From Prorocentrum cordatum (taxonomy: Eukaryota), in assembly GCA_963575745.1 (NCBI GenBank), contig CAUYUJ010000012.1, positions 1 to 64,000 of the forward strand: DNA of 64,000 nt, given 5' to 3'. Positions 12,949 to 25,612 of this stretch are shown here, in pieces. Position 1 is the stretch's first letter; the number at the start of each line of letters is the position of its first letter. The notes under the pieces were generated by a model. The model ran no database searches. It was given only the letters and a program-made list of their open reading frames with translations, and was not told the origin of the DNA. The position numbers were made by a program, and so were the translations under genes.

Positions 12949-12960
12949 CCGGGCCCCGTC

Positions 12961-13065
12961 CTGATCCGCTGGGCAATCCAAGGCCCAGGGAGAGCCCCCA
13001 GAGGTCTGCAGGATCAGCATCAGCGAGGAGATGCACGCCGGGTCGCTCAGGCGGCTGGCGAAGAC
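12961..13065 (-). CDS. Exon of USO1/p115-like gene (VFASRLSDPACISSLMLILQTSGGSPWALDCPADQ)
   Basis: AG|GTC acceptor, CAG|GA donor, 105 nt, phase 0. Resembles the p115 segment PxGVSRLMDLL. Confidence 0.68.
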
Positions 13066-13351
13066 CTCGTCTGGCCCGCGGGCGACGCGCACACAGAACA
13101 CACGGCATCAAATTCCGGAAGTTCGGGCATCAAGAGAGCCAGGCGCCAGGCCTGGGAGCCCTGTGGATCGACGAAGCGCTCGGAGAGCCCTCAGGAAGCT
13201 CTGGACCCCCGACGGCTCGGTTCCCCCGCGCCGAAACCCGCGCCGGCGATGAGACACCCCGGCACGATGGGTTGCGGGGCACATGCTCGATGCAGCGCTG
13301 ACCTCCCCAGGTGCTCCTGGATCTCCGATCAAGCCCCTCGGAGTCAGAGTA

Positions 13352-13540
13352 CGGCAGGTTCGGGTCGTGACGACCCCTGGTTTCTGACACTGCGCGGATC
13401 GCTCAACCTTGAACGGTCGGCAGCATTCCGCTCGCCAGATTTCTCCATAGTGGCCGATATACTGGGTCACTGGCGGCGCTCAACCCTGAACAACCGCGCT
13501 GGGGCTACAGCAGAATCGACACGGCAACGCGAACCTGCTG
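13352..13540. mobile_element. MITE family C, diverged copy
   Basis: TA|CGGCAGGTTCG ... CGAACCTGCTG, with the same internal GATCG(C/T)TCAACCTTGAACG. A partial copy lies at about 20177-20260. Confidence 0.7.
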
Positions 13541-13924
13541 TCGCCGAGACCGCCCGCCTGCGTGGGTCCGAAAAGGAACGTTACGATTATGCCGGTTCCT
13601 TTCTGCCGTGTTTTTCTTGCCGGTTGCGGCCGCCCCCCTGTCCTCTCCCATTTTCGCGCATTGTGACACAATTCGCTAAACGGTGTCCCCGTTTTTAGCT
13701 CCTTACGCCAGCGCAGACGACCCCTCCCGAGCCGCTGACGCAAAAACTTGTTGATGCGGTCCCATCGCCGATGTTTCTCCGGTCCCGGTTCCGCGGGTCC
13801 AACCCTGCAGAGCCACCCCGGAGCCTGTTCCATGTTGCTGCTTCCGGTCGCCTTTTTTTGTTGCCGCTTCCGTCGCCGCTTTCTCTCTGGCTCCGGCTCA
13901 GGCTCCCATCCCAGCGCCGTTTTT

Positions 13925-14096
13925 TCGGGGATGGACAGAACCCCCTTTAGTAAAACGTGGTTTAGTGAAAACGACCTGAGGCCCAAACCTGGCGGGCGCA
14001 AGCCTGGAAAGTAACGGCCGCGGCGCCCTCTCGAGAACCGAAAACGGCCAATTCACTAATCGACGTGTCACTGTTGGGGGTTCTGTCCAGCCCCGA
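13925..14096. mobile_element. MITE family B (172 bp), about 21-bp TIR
   Basis: TCGGGGATGGACAGAACCCCC ... GGGGGTTCTGTCCAGCCCCGA; flanks TTTTT/TTGTT; further copies at 17708-17879 and (diverged) about 52802-52972. Confidence 0.8.
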
Positions 14097-14436
14097 TTGT
14101 TGCCGCGTCCGTGCTCCAAAGAGGCACGCTTCGCGGAGGACGTGGCACCATGCGGCCCTGCCGCTGCTCCTTCGGGGCCCCCGGCCCGGTGGCCCGACGA
14201 TCGGGGGAGGGAAGCCTCGGCCTGGAATCATCGGCGAGTCCCCGCCGAGAGATCGGTGGCATAGGCCCCCGAGGGCACCTGCGCACGGCTCTGGGCGGGA
14301 GGGGGGCTCTCGGGGCCCTCTCGGCCACGGCTTCGGGGGCGCGCAGACGTGGATTCGCGCTCCCTGGATGCGGAAGTCCGCGATTGCCCCTGGAAACGGG
14401 GCTCGTCGCTAGAGACCCTTTTTTGGGGGGGGGAAT

Positions 14437-14633
14437 CGGCGCTAACCCGGGTCATCCCGGGGAGGGGAGGAGGGGGCCGGCCGATAACCTAACCCTCGCG
14501 CTGTGGGCAGCCCTGCATATGCCCGCGCCCCCCCCCCCCCCCCCTCGCGCGGACCTGCACAACCAGCAAGGTTAGATTATCCTGGGGGGGGGGGGGGGGG
14601 GGGGCAAGCCCGAGAACCCGGGTTCTCGCCCGA
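14437..14633. mobile_element. Imperfect TIR element with TCGG...CCGA ends
   Basis: AACCCGGGT near both ends; inner inverted ATAACCTAACC/GGTTAGATTAT. Confidence 0.45.
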
Positions 14634-15457
14634 CCCTAACAAAAACAGTCTCCTAATCCACGGCCCCCTTGATCCATGTTTGCGATCGCCAGAAGATCGT
14701 GGTCGACACACACACACACACACCCGAGCCTATCCCCCGCGACGCCTCCCCTTGGGCAACTCGGCCCTGCGGCGGCCGCTCCGAGCGAGCCGGGGCACCC
14801 CGGCGGCGCCCTCGGCGAGAGGCGCCGCTGCCCGAGAGCACCCCGAAGCTGGGAGAGCGCCAAGAGCCGACGAGAACGCCGAGGAGGAGGAGCAGGAGGA
14901 GGAGGAGGAGGAGGAGGAGGAGGAGGGGGGAGGAGGACGAGGAGGGGGACGCCCTCGGCGAGAGGCGCCAAGAGCCGACGAGAACGCCGTGCAAACCGCG
15001 ACATGCAAAACGCCGCCCGTCCTCCCCAGAGCCTTGGAGGCGGCCCAGGGAGTCTGAACTGGGTGCGAATCCAGAACATCACTCAGGAGGGGGGTGGGTG
15101 AGGCTAAATCCGCTCGAAATCGGTCCCCGCCGGCTCTGACTGCAACAGGATGTCTGATGTCCTCGAAGCAGTAAAGAAGAAAAACACTATAGTTGAAAGA
15201 AGGCGCCGACAAGCGCATACTTGTTGAGAGGATGTTGTTGAAAGAAAATCGGTCCCTGGACACATCCCGGGTCGATCTGGTACAGGTGTTCACCCCGGAT
15301 CCATTGTCGATGAATCCCAGAGCCCGGACACGGGCCCCAGAGGCCGAAAACTCCAACAGACCCTCCCGGATCCAAGGTCTCACACCTCGCCCCCCTGTCC
15401 TGCTGGCTGGCACCGGTGCTGGGCCACCACAGGCCCCCGGCCGGCCCCACCCCGAAG

Positions 15458-15650
15458 CATTGCAAAAAAAACTTTGTTTTTTTTTGCAATTCTCCCCACT
15501 TGAACGAAGGATTGCAAAAAAAACCTTGGGTTTTTTTTTTGCAATCCTTTTTTTGCAATTTTCCCCACTTGAACGAAGGATTGCAAAAAAAACCTTGGGT
15601 TTTTTTGCAATCCTTTTTTTGCAATCCTTGTTTTTTTTGCAATTCTCCCC
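15458..15650. repeat. Tandem palindromic repeat TTGCAAAAAA...TTTTTTGCAA
   Basis: Three units separated by CCCCACTTGAACGAAGGA. Confidence 0.8.
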
Positions 15651-16757
15651 ACCGCGCTGCCCCGGAGGATCGGCGCGCGGCAGGGGGGCGGAGGGGGGTG
15701 CAGCGGCGCGCTCCACGGCCAGGGCCGAGAGGGGGCGGGGCGCCACCCTCCGAGAGCAGCGCGCGGAAGCATTGTGGCCGTCCCCGCGGCGCCCAGCAGC
15801 GCGCCCCAGTCGCGTAGACAGCGGGCAGGAAGCATCTCCCAACCGCATGCAGTAGTCTTTGGGCGTTTTGTTGGGCGTTGTCTTGGGCGTGTTCTTGGGC
15901 GTTTTGATGGGCGTTTTCGTGGGCGTTTGCTAAGCGTATTCTGGATCGTTTTCTTGGTCGATGTGGGGTGCTGATTGGGCGTTTTCTTGGGCGCTGGTGG
16001 GCGCTATGGAGCGCGGCGCCATGGGGCGCCGCTCGCCGACATACATGCCATCCAAGACGCTGAGATTCCTGTGGTTTCCTGCATCACCGACCCCGTTGGG
16101 CGGGGCCCGAAAGGTGCCAGAAACCCGTGCGAGACGTCCAGAAAACACGCCGCACACGACTCGTTGCCTTCTCGCGCGCTTCGCCTCCGGCGGGCTCCTC
16201 TGAAGCCTCAGCACGGCTCCAGGATGGTGCAGGAGAGCCCCCGGAAGGGGCGCCCTTGGGGGAACGAAAAGGTATCGGTTCGGGACATCTCCTGGGATGC
16301 ATCCTGACCCGGATTTCGAAGCGGATCCATCCGTGGTGACGAGGGCTCTCCAGGACGAGCAGCGGCATCGGCACATGTTCCTCCTCTGAGCTCGTCATGC
16401 CGTCGTTGGGGCCCAACTGGCAAGGAGGAGGAGGAGGAGGAGGAGCTTCCCAGTGAGCTCAAAGAGAAGCTATGCCGATGCCGAAGGCGGGTGAACGCTC
16501 TCTCGCTCTTCCCCCCCACCCCCTTGCACGTGCACGGGGGACGTGTGCTGTCTTCGCATCTCTCTCTCTCTCTCTCTCTCTCGTTCTCCTGTCAGCTTGG
16601 GCTTCGTAATTACCTGTGAGCCCTCAGGTTGCCGAGCGAGCGAGCGAGCGAGCGAGAGAGGCCCACGCTTGCTGCCGACCGCAGGATGGCAGCGGAAGCC
16701 GATGGGAAGCCGAGCTGCAGTAGGGCGACAAACATCCACACGCCTCCACTGCTCCCT

Positions 16758-16952
16758 TCGGGTCGGGCGAAAGGGGGGGATAGCAAAGGGGGGGTTTGAG
16801 AATCAGCTCACGTAGCTGATTTTCCCGGCGCCTCCCGGCGCCAGAGGCGGCTATGTATCGAGAAATGGCCCCCACGGTGAGGCCGAAACCAGCTGCATGC
16901 AGCAAATTTCGTAACCCCCCCTTTCCCAATCCCCCCCTTTCGCCCGGCCCGA
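16758..16952. mobile_element. MITE family A (195 bp), 23-bp TIR, 5-bp TSD TCCCT
   Basis: TCGGGTCGGGCGAAAGGGGGGAT at the left end and its near-perfect inverse ending CCTTTCGCCCGGCCCGA at the right; TCCCT on both sides; near-identical copy at 20742. Confidence 0.85.
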
Positions 16953-17308
16953 TCCCTGGCCAGGCCCATCCTGAGCCCAGCAGCGGTGTCTACGCCACGC
17001 CCTCCTGGCTTGGCCCGGAGGGCGTGCACGCAGCTCCGGGGCCCAGGAGGGGCCTGGCCCAGGGAGCAGCAATTCGAGGCGCGTGGACTCTCGTCGCCCG
17101 AGCAGGATGCCAGGGGATGGGCACGCAGGATCGGAGGTCGAGCTAAGAGGAAACCTGGGAGCGCAGTGCCTCGTCGATCCCGAAGGTCTCAGGGTGCCCC
17201 CCCCCAGGGCAACCCCCGCTGCCGTGGCCCCCGGAGGAGCCATCGTGCGAGGAGCACTTTATGACGCGGGGCGCCTGCTGGCAGCCCGATGCCTTTAAAA
17301 GGAGCCCT

Positions 17309-17311
17309 GGG

Positions 17312-17356
<45 letters not shown>

Positions 17357-17490
17357 AACATATCAAATCCCAGGATGTCATATTTTCCCATGCTTCTTGG
17401 ATTTCCGTTTTCCCCCCCACTTCCCATATGTTCCCATATTTTCCTGGGAGTCGAGGATGCACTGTGTCTGTGTGTGTTCTTTCCCTCCTG
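17309..17490. repeat. Interspersed repeat (CCCCACTTCCCATA core), also at about 32555-32705 and 36594-36735
   Basis: Three colinear diverged copies, GGACAC...TGTGTGTT. Confidence 0.65.
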
Positions 17491-17707
17491 AGCCCTATTC
17501 GATGCACATACTGTACAGAGGATGGGCACGGAGGAAGCAGGGGCGCCCCCGCACTCCTGGGGATCCCAGTGGGGCTGTCTTGTGATAGGCAATCTCCCTG
17601 GGGGCACCTGCGGGCAGGCCGACCCCATATCTGGTGCACCTGCTGCACAGAGGAATGGGCACGGAGGAAGAGACCCAGACGTTTTTGCCCCTCGGCGGCG
17701 GGGCAGA

Positions 17708-17879
17708 TCGGGGCTGGACAGACCCCCCTTCAGTAAAACGTGGTTTAGTGAAAACGACCTGAGGCCCAAACCTGGCGGGCGCAAGCCTGGAAAATAACGA
17801 CCACGGCGCCCTCTCGAAAACCGAAAACGGACAATTCACTAATCGACGTGTCACTGTTGGGGGTTCTGTCCACCCCTGA
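17708..17879. mobile_element. MITE family B, second copy, flanked by a 54-bp direct repeat
   Basis: Interior nearly identical to 13925-14096; 17654-17707 is repeated at 17880-17933 with one mismatch. Confidence 0.8.
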
Positions 17880-18460
17880 AATGGGCACGGATGAAGAGAC
17901 CCAGACGTTTTTGCCCCTCGGCGGCGGGGCAGAGGCAGTCCGCACCAGCGCGAGGCTAATTAATAGGGGCAACCCAGAGGCGCGAAGTGTCCGGGGCGCG
18001 GAGGGGAGCCCCGACCTCCGAGGTCGTGCTCTCTTCTTCAGTGCGTGGCCCCCGAGGTCCCGACCCCTCCCCCCAGGGCAGGTGCTTCCAGCCCGCATCG
18101 GCCTCCTGCGCCCCAGGCCAGGGGCGAAGGGCCCCGGGGGGAGGAGGAGGAGGAGGAGGAGGAGGAGGAGGAGGAGGAGGAGGAGGAGGAGGAGGAGGAG
18201 GAGGAGGAGGAGGAGGAGAGAGGAGGAGGAGGAGGAGGAGGAGGAGGAGGAGGAGGAGGAGGAGGAGGGAGGAGGAGGAGGAGGAGGAGGAGGAGGAGGA
18301 GGAGGAGGAGGAGGAGGAGGAGGAGAGGAGGAGGAGGGGGAGGAGAGGAGGAGGAGGAGGAGGAGGAGGAGGAGGAGGAGGGGGAGGAGGAGGAGGAGGA
18401 GGAGGATCGCTCCACGGCGGTGGCACGCCTGGGGAGGCAGAGGCGAGGAGGTCGCCGGAC

Positions 18461-18574
18461 GTTGCTGGTGTGCGGGTACACGCGGCGGAGGAGCGCCAGG
18501 CCCTGCGTCTGGGAGTCGACGTCCTCGATCTGCAGGAGCTTGATCATCGCCTTCCCATTCTCCGTGTGGCGCAC
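18461..18574 (-). CDS. Exon of USO1/p115-like gene (VRHTENGKAMIKLLQIEDVDSQTQGLALLRRVYPHTSN)
   Basis: cgcAG|GTG acceptor, AAC|GT donor, 114 nt. Resembles the p115 segment ENxxxLLxLLExxDFxVRxxxxxLL (from my recall of the family). Confidence 0.65.
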
Positions 18575-18855
18575 CTGCGGTCGGGAACTCTTGCTCAGCG
18601 TGTCGCGGCGGCGGCGGCCAAGCTACGGCCTGCGAGCCGATAGCGCGTCGCTGCAAATCGCGGGGCGGGAGGCTGGGAAAGGCTCGGGACTTTGACACTG
18701 CGGGGCTGGGAGGTGGTTAGCGCGTCGCGCCAAAGCGTGGTGGACCACAATCGGCGGCGCGACACGCTAACCACAGCTGCCGACCGTAAAGGGGAACAGA
18801 AGACTAGGGGCATTAGGCCGCGACGAGTTGTGCTTGCGTGGTCCTCGCTGCCAGG

Positions 18856-20147
18856 AATCCCACCAGCCCTTTGGGCGTGAGTGGTTTAGGGAGCTCTCTC
18901 TGTTCTCAACCCCCCTTCTTCCCCTTCGGGGAGGGGTTTACCCCTCCCCCTACCCCCTCGCCTGGACCTGGAGAGGGCGGGCCGAGCGTTCTCAGGGGGG
19001 TCCATTTCGACTCCTGGGAGGGCCAAAAAACGACGACCCTCACGAGGATTCTGGCCCCGACGGGGGGGGGGAGTTTGGCCCCTCTGCTCGTCTTTGAAGC
19101 AGAAATCATTGATTTAACCGGGGTTTGGGCCCCATTTTGGCCTTCTGAGGGGGCCGCGCTCATCTTCCCTCATAGCAAAATCATTGATTTCACGAAGGTT
19201 TTGGGCTCATGTTGTCCTTCTCAGGGGGCAGCTCTCATTTGCGCTTCTGAGGAGGTCGCAAGAGGACCCAAGATGGCCCCAAGAGGCCCCCAGGAGGCTC
19301 CCAAGAGGCCTCCAAGAGGCCCCCCAGAGGCCCCCAAGCGGCCCCAAGAGGCCCCCAAGAGGCCCCCAAGAGGCCCCCAAGAGGCCCCACGAGGCCCCAA
19401 GAGGCCCCCAAGAGGCCCCCAAGAGGCCCCCAAGAGGCCCCACGAGGCCCCAAGAGGCCCCCAAGAGGCCCCCAAGAGGCCCCCAAGAGGCCCCCAAGAG
19501 GCCCCACGAGGCTCCAAGAGGCCCCCAAGAGGCCCCACGAGGAGCCCGAACGACTCACATCAGGACGAGGGGCCCGAACGACTCACACCACGAAGAGCCC
19601 GAACGACTCACACCACAAGGAGGGGCCCGAACGACTCACACCAGGACGAGGCGCCCGAACGACTCACACCACGAGGAGCCCGAAGGACTCACACCACGAC
19701 GCGGGCCCCGAACGACTCACACCACGAGGAGCCCGAACGAGTCACACCAGGAGGAGGGGCCCGAACGACTCACACCAGGATGAGGGGCCCGAACAACTCA
19801 CACCACGAGAAGCCCGAACGACTCACACCAGGACGAAGAGCCCGAACGACTCACACCACGAAGAGCCCGAACGACTCACACCAGGAAGAAGGGCCCGAAC
19901 GACTCACACCAGGACGAGAAACCCCAAACGACTCAAATCACGAGGAGCGCTTTCTCTCCCTCCTCCTCCGCCTCGTCCTTCTCCCGCTCCCCCACAAGGA
20001 GGATGTACAAGGAGGCGGGAGGAAGGAGGAACAGGGGAGATATGCGGGGCCAAGCGGACACACGCCTGAAAAACACGACTGTCGGCATGCTTCGCGAGAG
20101 TTGCTGCTGTGAGATGGGCTGGTGGGGATACGCGAAGCGTAAAGAAT
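18856..20147 (+). mobile_element. Helentron/HINE-like non-autonomous element with internal tandem repeats
   Basis: Left ATCCCACCAGCCC, right subterminal GGGCTGGTGGGGAT followed by the hairpin TACGC-GAA-GCGTA and AAGAAT. Internal 11-12-bp (CCCAAGAGGCC) and 25-28-bp (GCCCGAACGACTCACACCA) arrays. The left end recurs at about 8717, the right end at about 29292-29327. Confidence 0.55.
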
Positions 20148-20741
20148 TTCAGCATCCTGCCCGCCGTGATCGGAGACGGCAAGTTCATGCCCCGCCGACG
20201 TGGGCCTTGGTCTATGACACTGCGTGCATCGTTCAACCCTGAACGATTTCCGATCTCGGAGGTCCCACAAGGCTGTCGACCAGCACCTTTCGCACGGACT
20301 TTGCGCCGTGCGCTGATTTCTCATTGCGGACCATATTTGTATCCAAACTCGGCGCGTCTCGGTTCCCTAACAGCCCAAGACGCAATGGTTATGGATATCT
20401 TATGGCCTCTAGCGAGACCATATTGCTATCCACATCCACTTAGTCTCGGGATTCCACTCCCCCAGACATCCAAAACGCCGTGAGCATGGACAATAAACCT
20501 TGCCCGCGCGGATGGCGGGCCCTGGAAGTCCTGAACCAAAACATCTCACCATCTCTTGGGAGGCCGATGCTCGATGCCCACGTCCGCCAGCGTCCGCCGG
20601 CTTCTCCTGGCGGAGGCGGCCTCATCTTACCTCCGCCGCCCTCCCGCCGAGGAAGAGATGGCGACCCCCTGGATCCTCGAAGGCAAGGGCCTGCCTGGAG
20701 CGCGCCCGACATGGCCCCAGGGCCCGCCACGAGCCCCCAAC

Positions 20742-20936
20742 TCGGGTCGGGCGAAAGGGGGGGATAGCAAAGGGGGGGGTTGAGAATCAGCTCACGTAGC
20801 TGATTTTCCTGGCGCCTCCCGGCGCCGGAGGCGGCTGTGTACCGAGGAATGGGCCCCTCGGTGAGGCCGAAACCAGCTGCATGCAGCAAATTTCGTAACC
20901 CCCCGTTTCCCAATCCCCTCCTTTCGCCCGGCCCGA
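20742..20936. mobile_element. MITE family A, second copy, 5-bp TSD CCAAC
   Basis: Same TIRs and interior as 16758-16952, with a different TSD. A diverged relative lies at about 55960-56125. Confidence 0.85.
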
Positions 20937-21640
20937 CCAACGCGTGTGCAACCCCCGGGGTGCCCGCGCCGGCGTCGCCGCCGCGCCGCGGGCCGGCCGA
21001 GGGCGCCCGTTTCGTGGAGGGCCGCCCTCCGGATGCCACGCGCCGTCATCGCCGGTCTGCCAACTGCGCTCCTCGCCGTCGCTCGGACGCGCATTCCCCG
21101 CGAGTGTGTCGGCCTCGCGCGCGCACTGCTGCGCAAGATGGCCTTATAAATGCTCCTCCCTGGCCCTCGCCGAGAAAGAATGCACACGTCTGGGCGATGC
21201 CGAGGCGCAGCCGTGGCCACCCCCGGAGAAGGCCGAGAACTCCACCTCGAGGCGCCTCCACGGACCCGTTCTTCCAGAGGCGCCGACGTCGTGACTTTGG
21301 GGAGACCACAAGGTGCCTCTACCGCTCCTCCCCGGACCTCTCCCGGTGTGCGCTCTGACCAGAGTCTCGAGTCGAATCCAGCGGTGGCGGCGAGGGCCTC
21401 CCAGGAGGCCCCAAGAGGGGAAAACGGAGGAAGGGCAGCGGTATGGGCACCGCTTCCTCCTCCGAGCCGACGTCGCGACCTTGCTCACAGCACGCGACCT
21501 CGCGACCTCGTCCCTGCCCGGGGCCGGCTGTACGTCCGAGTGCCGCGCGTGGCTCTCCGACGGCCCCCGAGGGCCCGACAGAAGCGGCCCCAACGGCCCC
21601 CCGAGGCCGAGCGCACGCCGAAGAGAACCACTACTACTGA

Positions 21641-21801
<161 letters not shown>

Positions 21802-21807
21802 ACTACT

Positions 21808-21897
<90 letters not shown>

Positions 21898-21997
21898 NNN
21901 NNNNNNNNNNNNNNNNNNNNNNNNNNNNNNNNNNNNNNNNNNNNNNNNNNNNNNNNNNNNNNNNNNNNNNNNNNNNNNNNNNNNNNNNNNNNNNNNN
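21898..21997. other. Assembly gap (100 N) following a (TAC)n run
   Basis: Run of N. Confidence 1.
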
Positions 21998-23807
21998 ACT
22001 GGCCACGGCGAGCCGGCCGGCTGCGGACAAGGTCAGGCGTGCGGGTCCGTGCGCGTCGGGCGGCGGCGAGGTTGGGGGAACGGCAGAGGAGCATGCGGCA
22101 ACTGAAATATAAGCGGGGGCGGCGCTTGCGGCGCCCCGAGCGCGGGCCCTGCCCCCCCGAGGGGGGTAGACGAGGCCCACCTCGGCCTGGCTCTTTGCTC
22201 GGGCTGGCGCAGCGGCGTGGAGGTCGCGCCCACTCCTCCGGGTGGGCCCTTGGCTTGCCCCCCCCATTTCGCCCCCACGGCCCCTCTCCGCCCGCACCCA
22301 CAGCTCAGAGGCTGAATTTCAAGTGGAGCAAGGAATGCCTGGAACCCATGTGGTGGAAGCGGCCGTAGAATTACCCTGCGACGTACCCAACCCATCGGTA
22401 CCAAGCGATGACTTTAGGTGTACCGTCAATAGCGTGACAGCATTGCTGCAAGAGACGGTGCACGGCGGAAATCTAGATCATGCGAAGTGTGCGTGGCCGA
22501 CACGCAGAACGGAGGTCAGAACGGAGGTGCAAAAGGCCAGGAGGCATTGTAATGGGAAGGAGAAACAAAAGGAAGACATCGAGGTGGAAGAACAAGCAAC
22601 TCTGCAGAAGCAGCGAGATGATGGAACATGGGCAAGATAAGGTTACATAGATGGAGACGCGTTTGCGGAGAGCGCATAGTGCCTGAAGTGCTACTTGGAT
22701 CTGCGTGGCAACCCACTGTATTGGCCCCCCCAGCAGCCCCCGAAAGTTGCGACAGCTTCACACTTCGCAGCCCCCCAGGGATGGCGAGGTCCCGTTTGGA
22801 TCTGCGTGTGGCCCCACTTCGCTGCCCCCAAGAGGGATTCGAAAGGAGAGAGCTGAGAGGAGAGCGGGGGGGGGGGGCGAGGAGGTGGAGACCCCACTGC
22901 TCGATTCAAAACGAGAACCCAACCTAGGGAGGGTCGGGAAAAAGCTGCGGGCCCGTGTCGTAGGTAGTGCCACCGCTGAGAGAAGCCTGAGAGCTGCTGT
23001 TGGAGATGCCGCCATGGAGCGTGCGGGCCAGAATCTTGTCGCTGCAGCAGCAGTCGGCGTGCCTCTCTCGGGTGTGCTGGCATCGAACGCGTCGGAGTGG
23101 TGGGACGTCGCCGCTGCTGGAGTAGCGCGGCGAGAGAGAGCTGCGTCGCAGGAACCAGCATCGGACCAGCGAGCTGCCGGGTATTGCGGTATAGCGCGAA
23201 GGCGGGTCGTAGAGAGGCTGCGCTCCTCTGCCGGGCAGCTGCAGCCGCGGCCGGCGCGGAGCGGCGGGGGCCGGCTGCCCGCAAGACCCGCTGGAGTCCG
23301 AGGGGCAGGGTGCGGGTACAGCAGGGGCCCGACCACAAGAGACCTTCCACGAGAAACCCAACCCTGAGACCCCAGGACGTCCATCGATTTTCGGTGTGGG
23401 AACGTCACGCCCTCCTCAGCAGAACCATCGAAGCCCAAGAAACCCAGGGCACCCTGGAGGCAAGCAGGGTGTCCCTTGGCATGGGCCTCCACTGCAACGC
23501 GCAGCCGCTCCTCTGGTGAGGTTGGGCTGCGCCACGGGGCTGCTGGCCGCGCGTGGGGCGGGGGCTCGGGAGGTCGGCCGACGCCTCCGCCATGGTGGAG
23601 CGGCGGGCGGGGGCGCCTCCTCGCCGGCCGCTGGCGGCCCGCGCTGCGTCGGAGGTGGCAGTCATGCTCGCGGGCTGCCGCTGCGAGGACGGCTGTCGAG
23701 GAGGGGGGCGAGCCGAACGCGCCGAGCGTGGGATCGGCGTGACTGGATCAGAGATCCCACTGGCCTGACACAGGCCCCCCGAAGCACCCCCGGGTCCTCG
23801 ATCCTAT

Positions 23808-23941
23808 TCCTCCTCCTCCTCCTCCACCTCCTCCTCCTCTCTTCCTCCTCCTCCTCCTCCTCCTCCTCCTCCTCCTCCTCCTCCTCCTCCTCCTCCTCCT
23901 CATCCGCATCATCATCCTCATCCTCATCCTCATCCTCATCC

Positions 23942-24016
<75 letters not shown>

Positions 24017-25245
24017 GCAGCATCAGCAGCAGCAGCATCATCAGCAGCAGCATCATCATCACCATCATCAGCAGCAGCATCATCATCAGCAGCATCAGCA
24101 CAATAATCACCATCATCACGATCATCAGCATCATCATCAGCAGCAGCATCATCGTCAGCATCATCATCATCAGCAGCAGCATCATCAGTATAACATCATC
24201 ATCATCATCATCATCATCACCACCAACACCATCAACCTCAACATCAACAACAGCAACAGCATCGGCATCATCATCACCATCATCATCAGCAGCAACATCA
24301 TAATCATAATCCTAATCAGCATCATCACCATCATCACCATCAGCATCAGCATAATCAACATATGATTCATAGTCATCTTCATATTCATCTTCATCAGCAC
24401 CGTCCACATCGTCAGCATCATCATCATCATCACCACCACCACCATCATCATCAGCAGCATCATCATCAGCATCAACATAATCATCATCATCAGCAGCAGC
24501 ATCTGCATCACCACCATCACCACCACCATCATCATCAGTAGTATCAGCATCATCAGCATCGCCATCATGATCACAAGCATCATCATCACCATCATAATCA
24601 TCAGCATCAGCATCATCATCATCAGCATCATCAGCATCGCCATCATCATCAACATTATCATCATTATCAGCATAATCATCATCAGCATCATCATCAGCGT
24701 CAACATGATCAGTTGCATCAGAATCATCGTCATCATGATAACAATCATCATCATCATCATCACCATCATCGTCGTAATCATCATCATCATCAGCATCATC
24801 AGCATCATCATCATAATCATCATCATCATCATCAGCATCATCAGAATCATCAGCATCATCAGCATCATCGGCGATCCTCCTCCTGATCCTCATTTTCGCT
24901 CCTCATCCTAATTCCTCGATCCTCCTCTAGAATCATCGATCCTTCTCGCTCCTTCTCCTCCTCCTCCCCTCCCTCCTCAATCCTCCTCCTCCTAGTCCTC
25001 CTACTCCTCCTCCTCCTCCTCCTCCTACTCCTCCTAGCTCCTCCTCCTCCTCCTCCTCCTCCTCCTCCTCCTCCTCCTCCGTCCTCCTCCCCGTCCCCGC
25101 CTCCTCGATCCTACTCGTCTTCGATGCTCCCTCCCATCCGTCTCCGTTCTACCCCACTCCTACTCCTCCTCCCCCTCCTCCTCCTTCCTCCTCCTCCTCC
25201 CTCCTCCTCCTCCTCCTCCTCCTCCTCCTCCTCCTCCTCCTCCTT
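23808..25245. repeat. (TCC)n/(CAT)n compound microsatellite
   Basis: Direct reading. Confidence 0.95.
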
Positions 25246-25576
25246 CCTGATGTTGTGATCCCATCCAGTGTCCGTTTTGGGGCGTCGGAGTGCTGGTCGC
25301 CCTGCCTCGTCCTCGACCCTCATCCCCCTCGTCGATCATCCCCGTACCTCTCGATCCTCCCCCCCCCGCCATCGATCTTCGATCCCTCCCCTAGCCTGGC
25401 AGGCAGCAGGACCCTCGCTGCCCCATGAGCCCCGGCCGTGGCGCCGGCGCGCGGCGCGTGGCGCGCCGACGCGCGTGGAGGCTCGCTCTGCCGGCTCGTC
25501 GTCGTCGGCGTTGGCGTCGGCTTGGGCTCTGCCGCCGCCGTCGTCACCGTGGTCGTCGTCTTGGTCGTCGCTGTCT

Positions 25577-25612
<36 letters not shown>

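Noticed and set aside
18015..18106. Additional exon-like segments (also about 2558-2612, 5160-5228 and 18629-18690)
   Set aside because: AG/GT-GC boundaries are present, but there is no recognisable homology and they are not needed for the exon chain; left uncalled.
22240..23500. Complex-sequence ORFs (also 25700-26880) as retroelement proteins
   Set aside because: No RT, integrase or endonuclease motif that I could recognise.
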